Origin: Octopus sinensis
Taxonomy: Eukaryota
Reading direction: 5' to 3'
Length of the DNA: 64,000 bases
Assembly (NCBI RefSeq): GCF_006345805.1
Contig: NC_043000.1
Location: 13,082,001-13,146,000 of the forward strand
The notes beneath the pieces were generated by a model that ran no database searches, had not been told where the DNA came from, and saw only the letters and a list, made by a program, of their open reading frames with translations. The translations under genes and the position numbers were made by a program. Below, piece after piece: positions 61,801-64,000 of the stretch. Positions within the stretch are counted from its first letter, which is position 1, and every line of letters begins with the position of its first letter.

Positions 61801-62214
61801 TTTTGATAGGCAGGCGGAGAAGAGGGGAGGAGGCAGTTGTGGCTTTTTTTCCTTTTGTTTTTATTTTATTTTATTTTATTTTATTTTATTTTTTTTTTTT
61901 TGCAGATGCTACGGCTGTTGCAATAGCCTCCCCTGCTGTCACAGCTTCTGCCGTCTCCATCGACCGACCGACCAATCAAAGAGATGAAACAACGAGGGGG
62001 GGAAACCTCTGTGCGGCCTTTCGACCTGGTAGAATTCGTAACCAAATCTCACCTCCTCGGATCGCTCACCACACAACATGGGAAAGAAAAGGAAGGAAGG
62101 AGGGAAGGAAGGAAGAGCACATTGGATATGTAGTCCTGGTCACTGAGCTGACCTGGGTTTAAACAAGGAGCACAAGATAACAAAAACAACAGTACCTATC
62201 ACAACACCGACACC

Positions 62215-63767
62215 AGCTCCAACCACCACCACCACCACCACTAGCAACAACATCAATAACAATAACAAACAACAACAACAGTAATAAGTAGCATCACCAC
62301 CACCACCACCACTACCACTACCACCACCACACCACAACCACAACCACCACCACCACCACCACCACTACCACCACCACAAAACAGCAACATCCAACACCAC
62401 CACCACTTACACGCAACACTGACAGCACCAACGCCACCACCACCACCACCACCGTCACAACAAACTCCTCCGCCGCCATCACGACCACCAACCCAGCCGC
62501 TAAGCACCGCCACCATCACCACCACCACCATCACAACCACCGCCACCACCACCACCACCACCACCTCTTGCCACCTCTTGCCACCACCACCACCACCACC
62601 ACCAACAACAACACTGTCATTGCCTTAACAGCATTATAACCACCACCACCACCACCACCACTACTAACACGAATGTTGTCAACACCACCATTACTACCAT
62701 CACCACCACCACCACCACCACCACCACCACCGCTGCTTATTGCTGTCCCCCACAACCAGTCACGATTTGCAATTAAGACACCACCTACGTCCATTTCTAG
62801 CATTCAATATCCACCATGGTCACCGCCACTCCCATTAATGCACAGCGCAATCCTCCACCACCACCACCACCATCACCACCACCACCACCACCACCACCAC
62901 CACCACCACCATCACCACCACCACCACCACTACCGACGCCCGGCCACCACCCACCACCACCATCACCACCACTACCGACGCCCGGCCACCACCACCCCAC
63001 CACCACCACCACCACAACCATCCCTGTCAGCAGCTACCAGCTGCCGCCGCCTCCGCCACCACCACCGTAATATCCACCCGTATGCTTTGACTGCTGCTGC
63101 ACACTAGGTGTGCACGTAGATGCAAAAGTACACTTGACACGGCAGGTTATGGGGGGGGGGAGGAGGAGAGGAGAACACTGAAAACTGGGCCATGCTGTGT
63201 TGATGATTGTAGTGTTGCTGTCATTGTTGTTGTTTATGGTGGTGGTGGTGGTGGTGGTGGCGACGGTGGTGGCGACGGTGGTGGCGACGGTGGTGGCGAC
63301 GGTGGTGGCGACGGTGGTTGCTGCTGCTGGTGGTGGTGGTGGTGGTGGTGGTGGTGGTGATGGCGGTTGCTGTGGAAGTGGTGGTGGTGATGGTGGTGGT
63401 GGTGGCGGTGGTGGCGATGGTGGTGATGGTGTTGGTGGCGGTAGTGGAGGTGATGGTGGTGGTTTTGTTGTTGGTGGTGGCGTTGTTGTTGGTGGTGATG
63501 GTGGAGGTATTAGTGGTTGTGGTGTTGGTGGTAGTCTTCTTGCTGGTGTTGTTGTTGTTGGTGGTGGTGGCGGTGTAGAAACGACAGTGATGGAGGTGGT
63601 AGTGGTGGTGATAGTGGTGGTGCTTGTGGTTGTGGTTGTAGTGGTAATTATTCCGTGGTTGCTGTTGTTGACTGTGGAGGTGTAGAAGTAGTAGTGGTAG
63701 TAGTAGTAGTAGTAGTAGTGGCCAAGACGGTGGTGATGAGAGTGATGGTGGAAGTAATATAAGTATG

Positions 63768-63804
<37 letters not shown>

Positions 63805-63911
63805 AGTAGTAGTAGTGGTGGTGGTGGTAGTAGTAGTAGTAGTTGCAACAACTATGGTGGTGGAGATGGTGGTGATGGTGGTGATAGATGGAGGTGGTGG
63901 GTAGTACTAAA

Positions 63912-63959
<48 letters not shown>

Positions 63960-64000
63960 GGTGGTGGTGGTAGTGGTGGTTTGAGTTGAAGTTATTGTCC
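62215..64000. repeat. (CCA)n-rich block (62215-63070) followed by a (GGT)n/(TAG)n-rich block (63190-64000)
   Basis: Read directly. Confidence 0.9.

Noticed and set aside
1361-64000. Many ORF-track entries rich in HT/CV/YI/poly-V/poly-P/poly-E (e.g. 1361-1681, 5796-6141, 42823-43711, 44428-46465, 46486-47331, 62673-63851)
   Set aside because: They are translations of stop-free microsatellites, with no splice context or domain content.

Overview
AT-rich, intron-rich eukaryotic DNA. The SINE, microsatellite and transposon content suggests an Octopus (cephalopod) genome; this is inferred, not proven. Two spliced genes converge tail-to-tail. The last six coding exons of an SLC12A8-type cation-chloride cotransporter lie on + (854-8425). 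A complete MICOS subunit gene of the ApoO family (MIC27/APOOL-like, 8 coding exons, 30855-13765) lies on -. All exons have canonical GT-AG sites and consistent phases. From about 31 kb to 64 kb I found no supportable host gene: it is a mosaic of tRNA-derived SINEs, RTE/CR1/R4/Tx1 LINE fragments, hAT, mariner, piggyBac-, Kolobok- and Mutator-like MITEs, Helitrons and very long microsatellites. The strongest leads are: (1) two fold-back elements carrying minimal hammerhead-ribozyme motifs of the Penelope-like type; (2) an unassigned ~215-nt structured retroposon (3 copies, same 5' end, CAG/CAA-rich targets), one copy of which sits in the catalytic FADD codons of an RTE reverse transcriptase; (3) a SINE whose target-site duplication copied the 3' splice site of a candidate 54-nt cassette exon of APOOL; (4) head/tail shuffling among SINEs. 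Most repeat coordinates are approximate (+/-10 nt). Family labels A-F are my own working names.
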